Source: Desulfurellaceae bacterium (GTDB taxonomy: Bacteria; Desulfobacterota; Binatia; Bin18). From it: a DNA stretch of 64,000 nt. Shown here piece after piece: positions 60,927 through 64,000 of this stretch. The DNA is taken from positions 21,463-85,462 of the forward strand of contig JAGWBB010000002.1 in the NCBI GenBank assembly GCA_021296095.1, given 5' to 3'. The notes beneath the pieces were generated by a model. It did no database searches and was not told where the DNA came from. It saw only the letters and a program-made list of their open reading frames with translations. The position numbers and the translations under genes are program-made. Every line of letters begins with the position of its first letter. The stretch's first letter is position 1.

Positions 60927-61910
60927 ATGTCTCGACTTGGCATGGTGGTGTATCACGGGATTGAGAGTGGCGCCGAGCTGGCCGAGTACGGTCGGATTGC
61001 CGAAGGGGCGGGGTTTGACTCGCTGTGGGTCACCGAGCGCTATTTTCACGAGGAAACCTTTTCACTGTTAGGCTATCTGGCGGCCGTGACCCGAACGCTC
61101 ACGCTCGGCGTTGGGGTGGTCAATCCGTATACCCGCAACCCGGCCCTGCTGGCCATGGCCGCAGCGACTCTGGACCGGCTCAGCGGCGGGCGGCTGGTGC
61201 TGGGACTGGGCCGCAGCGAGCCGGCGGTCATTCAGGACAAAATGGGCATTCGCTACGGCAAGGCCGGCGCGGCCATGGAGGGCGCGGTCAGCCTGCTGGG
61301 CCGCCTGCTGTCGGGCCAGCGGGTGAGCGCCACGGCCGGTCCGTTCAGCCTGACCAACGCCAAGCTGTCGCCCGAGCCGATTCGGAAGACGCCGATTTAT
61401 CTGGCCGCCATCGGCCGCAAGGGCCTGGGGCTGACCGGCGCGATTGCCGACGGGGTGGTTCTCAACGCCTATGTGCCGACCAGCTATGTAGGCTATGCGG
61501 TCGAAGAAATCCGTAGCGCCGCGCGTGCCGCAGGCCGCGACCCGGCCGCGATTGACATCAGCTGCATGCTCGTCGTCCGCCTCACCGACGAACCGCAGCG
61601 GCTGTACCCGGGGCTGAAGAGGCGGCTGGCGCGTCTGTTGGACGAGGATTTTGTGGGAGAAATCCTGCTCGAAAAAGGCGGTTTTGACCCTGGCGTTCTG
61701 GTACCTCTGCGGGCGGCCTACCGCAGCCGGGATGAGGAAACTGCGGCCAAACTGGTAAGCGACGAGATGGTGAGAGCGTTCTATGTGATCGGGCCGGCCG
61801 AGACCTGCAAGGAGCGCATCAACGCCTACCGGGCGGCCGGGGTTGACGCGCCCCTGCTGTTGCCACGTCTGGAGGATTATCGCAAGGTGGCCGAGGCCCT
61901 GCGGGACTAA
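60927..61910 (+). CDS. LLM-class (luciferase-like) F420-dependent oxidoreductase
   Basis: LLM fold motifs (FDSLWVTERYF ... RLVLGLG). Confidence 0.75.
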   Translation: MSRLGMVVYHGIESGAELAEYGRIAEGAGFDSLWVTERYFHEETFSLLGYLAAVTRTLTLGVGVVNPYTRNPALLAMAAATLDRLSGGRLVLGLGRSEPAVIQDKMGIRYGKAGAAMEGAVSLLGRLLSGQRVSATAGPFSLTNAKLSPEPIRKTPIYLAAIGRKGLGLTGAIADGVVLNAYVPTSYVGYAVEEIRSAARAAGRDPAAIDISCMLVVRLTDEPQRLYPGLKRRLARLLDEDFVGEILLEKGGFDPGVLVPLRAAYRSRDEETAAKLVSDEMVRAFYVIGPAETCKERINAYRAAGVDAPLLLPRLEDYRKVAEALRD

Positions 61911-61937
61911 CTCTCGTCAGCCTTCACCCCGCCGGCC

Positions 61938-62017
61938 GCCGGCCAGCGTGCTTGGCAAAGCCATATTTTTAACATTTGACTTTTGCCCTTTGACTTTCCC
62001 CTCACTCCGTCCGACTG
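61938..62017. repeat. 80-nt AT-richer insert carrying TTTGACTTTTGCCCTTTGACTTTCCCC, bounded by the 15-18-nt direct repeat GCCTTCACCCCG(CC)GGCC; related to the glnE internal repeat
   Basis: Shares the exact 13-mer TTTTGCCCTTTGA with 10352-10364. Direct repeats at 61920-61937 and 62018-62032. Confidence 0.5.
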
Positions 62018-62931
62018 GCCTTCACCCCGGCCAAGAAATCAAGCACGGCCAGCCCAAAAGCATCGTTCTGGTCTCCGGCCACCATATGGCCCGCGCCCGA
62101 GACATCCGCGTACTGGGCGTGGGGTACGGCGTGACGAAACTCGTCGGCGGTCTCTTCACTGACCACATCGCTGATTTTTCCACGGACCAGCAGGGTCGGG
62201 ACGGTCAGGCCCCGGGCGGCCGCCAGCATCCGCTCGGGGTCACGGCGCAGCCGGGCCGGGCTCAGCATCTGGGGGTCCCAGTGCCAGCGGTAGCGGCCGT
62301 CCTCGCCCTGGCGCAGATTTTTTTCGAGGCCGCTCAGATTCTTGGGTCGTGGCCGGTGGGGCAGATAGGCGGCTACATAGTCGGCCGCCTCTTCGAGGTC
62401 GGCAAAGCCATTGGGCCGGCCGGTCATGAAGGCTCGGATGCGGTCAACCCCCTCCTGCTCTACCCGGGGCGTGATATCCACCAGCACGACGGCCGAGCTG
62501 ACCGGCTCGGCCGACTCGCCCTCGGTCAGCAGCGAGGTCATGCCGCCCAGCGAGGCGCCGATCAGGACCGGCCGCTGGCTGAAATGGCCCAGGACTTTAT
62601 GCAGGTCCGCCACATAGGCGTCGATATTATAATTGCCGTCCGGCGCCCAGTCGCTGTCGCCGTGGCCGCGCAGGTCAATCGAGACCGCATACCAGCCCTG
62701 CTCGGCCAGGGTCCGCGCCGTCCCGCCCCAGGCGTAGCGGGTCTGTCCCCCGCCGTGCAAGAGCAGAACGGGCGGAGCGTCGCTCGCCCCCCAGGCATCG
62801 GCGGTCAGCCTCAGTTGAGTCTCGACCTGATAGTGGATCTTTTGCGGAGAACCGGTGTTGTGTCCTACCATCGCACTTCCTTGTGTCTCAAAATGATGCC
62901 GCAGCCTAACAGGACGACGGGTCCGAGACAA
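62002..62931 (-). CDS. Alpha/beta-fold hydrolase
   Basis: HGGGQ oxyanion region and GASLGG nucleophile elbow. An alternative start is at 62871. Confidence 0.8.
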   Translation of the reverse strand: MSRTRRPVRLRHHFETQGSAMVGHNTGSPQKIHYQVETQLRLTADAWGASDAPPVLLLHGGGQTRYAWGGTARTLAEQGWYAVSIDLRGHGDSDWAPDGNYNIDAYVADLHKVLGHFSQRPVLIGASLGGMTSLLTEGESAEPVSSAVVLVDITPRVEQEGVDRIRAFMTGRPNGFADLEEAADYVAAYLPHRPRPKNLSGLEKNLRQGEDGRYRWHWDPQMLSPARLRRDPERMLAAARGLTVPTLLVRGKISDVVSEETADEFRHAVPHAQYADVSGAGHMVAGDQNDAFGLAVLDFLAGVKASRTE

Positions 62932-63041
62932 GTCTTATCCAACTGAACGCTCAGTCAGCCAGCCCCGCCTATTGACCCGGCCGAGAGAATTGAGTACCGA
63001 GCTAGGAGCACCTGACGGGTGTTGAGAAAGGAACGGACAGG

Positions 63042-63944
63042 ATGGCTGACAGCGCAAGTTTTGCGGCCGACCCGCGCTACGCGGGCTGCGACCAGATCAC
63101 GACGGTCGGCACCGGGGTGCTCAACAGCCGACGCGCGTTTCGGGCGCAGTCTCAGCTGGTGTGGGCGGTTCAGGGTGCGGGCAGAGCCTATCTGCAACGG
63201 CGCCCCGGCTCTGCACCCGGCCCGGACGCCACTCCCTGGCAGCGGCTCCAGTCGGCCTATGGACGGATCAGGGTACCGATTCCTGAGGGTCATGCGGCCC
63301 GCAGCCGGGTTGCCCGGCTTGAGGTCGGCGACGCCGCCGACCTGATCTACATCGGGGTTGAGGACCTGGACGCCGGCGGCCTGGGCTCAAAGTTTGTCGT
63401 GGCTTTTTCTGAGCGTCCGGCTGCGGTCGAGAACCTGCCGTCGCTGGCCAGCCTGCCCGATCACAGCTGGCAACCAGCCGTCCTGCCGACCGACCAGGCG
63501 CTGCGCTGGTTGGGGCCGCCGGCCGAGAGCATCGAAGCCCTGGCGGTCCAGGCGAGTCTGATGTCGATCAACCGTTCCAAAGCGTTTGACCGTCAGCTGG
63601 GCGTGGCGCCGGATCAAACCGGAAAGGGTAGACGTTTGTATATGGCGCTCGACCTCCGCATTGACCGCCTGGCAGACTGGCCCCACACGCCTGACGAGCC
63701 GCTGGTGGCCTACCACCGGACCGATCTATTACAGCCGGACTCCGGCTCACACCTGCACCAGCTGTTGCTCGCTCCGGTCGCTAGCCAACAGGTCTTGTGT
63801 CGGGCGGTGGTGCACATTGTGCGGATAGGGCCGCGCCAGGACACGGCGCGGCCGTGGGGGACGATTACTGCCGCCGGGGTGGCCACCAAGCCGCAGCGGC
63901 TGGACGGACTGTTCTTTTACCCGGCGCTCGACTTTGTGGCCTGA
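63042..63944 (+). CDS. Hypothetical protein
   Basis: 300-aa ORF with genome-typical composition and no recognisable motif. Confidence 0.4.
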   Translation: MADSASFAADPRYAGCDQITTVGTGVLNSRRAFRAQSQLVWAVQGAGRAYLQRRPGSAPGPDATPWQRLQSAYGRIRVPIPEGHAARSRVARLEVGDAADLIYIGVEDLDAGGLGSKFVVAFSERPAAVENLPSLASLPDHSWQPAVLPTDQALRWLGPPAESIEALAVQASLMSINRSKAFDRQLGVAPDQTGKGRRLYMALDLRIDRLADWPHTPDEPLVAYHRTDLLQPDSGSHLHQLLLAPVASQQVLCRAVVHIVRIGPRQDTARPWGTITAAGVATKPQRLDGLFFYPALDFVA

Positions 63945-64000
63945 GAGAAATCGGCCGGCGCTCGGCCCTTGGTAAAGACAAAGCTCTGGCCCATATCCGC

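Noticed and set aside
61843-62946. 367-aa plus-strand ORF
   Set aside because: Antisense to the alpha/beta hydrolase (62002-62931), which has a clear nucleophile elbow.

Overview
This is high-GC (~65%) bacterial chromosomal DNA from a diderm organism, shown by outer-membrane porins, TAT signal peptides and a TolB-like protein. No rRNA, tRNA or CRISPR array was found. The window contains six blocks. (1) 0-7 kb is housekeeping: a CNNM/CorC-HlyC membrane protein, a glutaredoxin-like protein, CutA, an Smr protein, a PD40 beta-propeller protein, a HicAB pair, an amidohydrolase and rpe. (2) 7-12 kb holds an S1-domain protein and glnE. (3) 12.4-40.7 kb is a dense nitrogen-scavenging island of three modules, each headed by its own outer-membrane porin. 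The first is porin-glnK-amtB-GAF histidine kinase-NtrC-like regulator. The second is the urease locus: porin-urtABCDE-ureA-ureC on the minus strand, with ureB-ureG-ureD-ureE-ureF divergent on the plus strand. The third is porin plus a cyanate/nitrate-type ABC transporter with the cyanase gene cynS embedded in it. Sigma-54-type promoters sit ahead of the ammonium and urea modules. A decayed low-GC adenine methyltransferase remnant lies inside this island. (4) 41-50.8 kb is metabolic: a UbiE-like methyltransferase, a CocE/NonD hydrolase, an EVE protein, a nitrilase-like protein, two MoeA paralogues (one fused to a PBP-like domain) and an acyl-CoA dehydrogenase. (5) 50.7-57.6 kb is a mosaic toxin-antitoxin island and recombination hotspot. 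It has a duplicated acdh-3'/higA block, an orphan higA, a non-autonomous Tn3-family element (38-bp inverted repeats, internally deleted tnpA, serine resolvase, TetR/SDR/SRPBCC cargo), an orphan relB/dinJ, hicAB, higBA and a hicB 3' fragment. (6) 57.6-64 kb holds an MFS transporter, an 11-nt x6 tandem repeat abutting the ribosome-binding site of an alpha/beta hydrolase, an O-methyltransferase, an F420-type LLM oxidoreductase, a second hydrolase and a hypothetical protein. A small 14-nt repeat element sits in frame inside glnE, and a related copy lies at 61.9 kb. Every call rests on reading the ORF translations and the DNA by eye; nothing was searched against a database.
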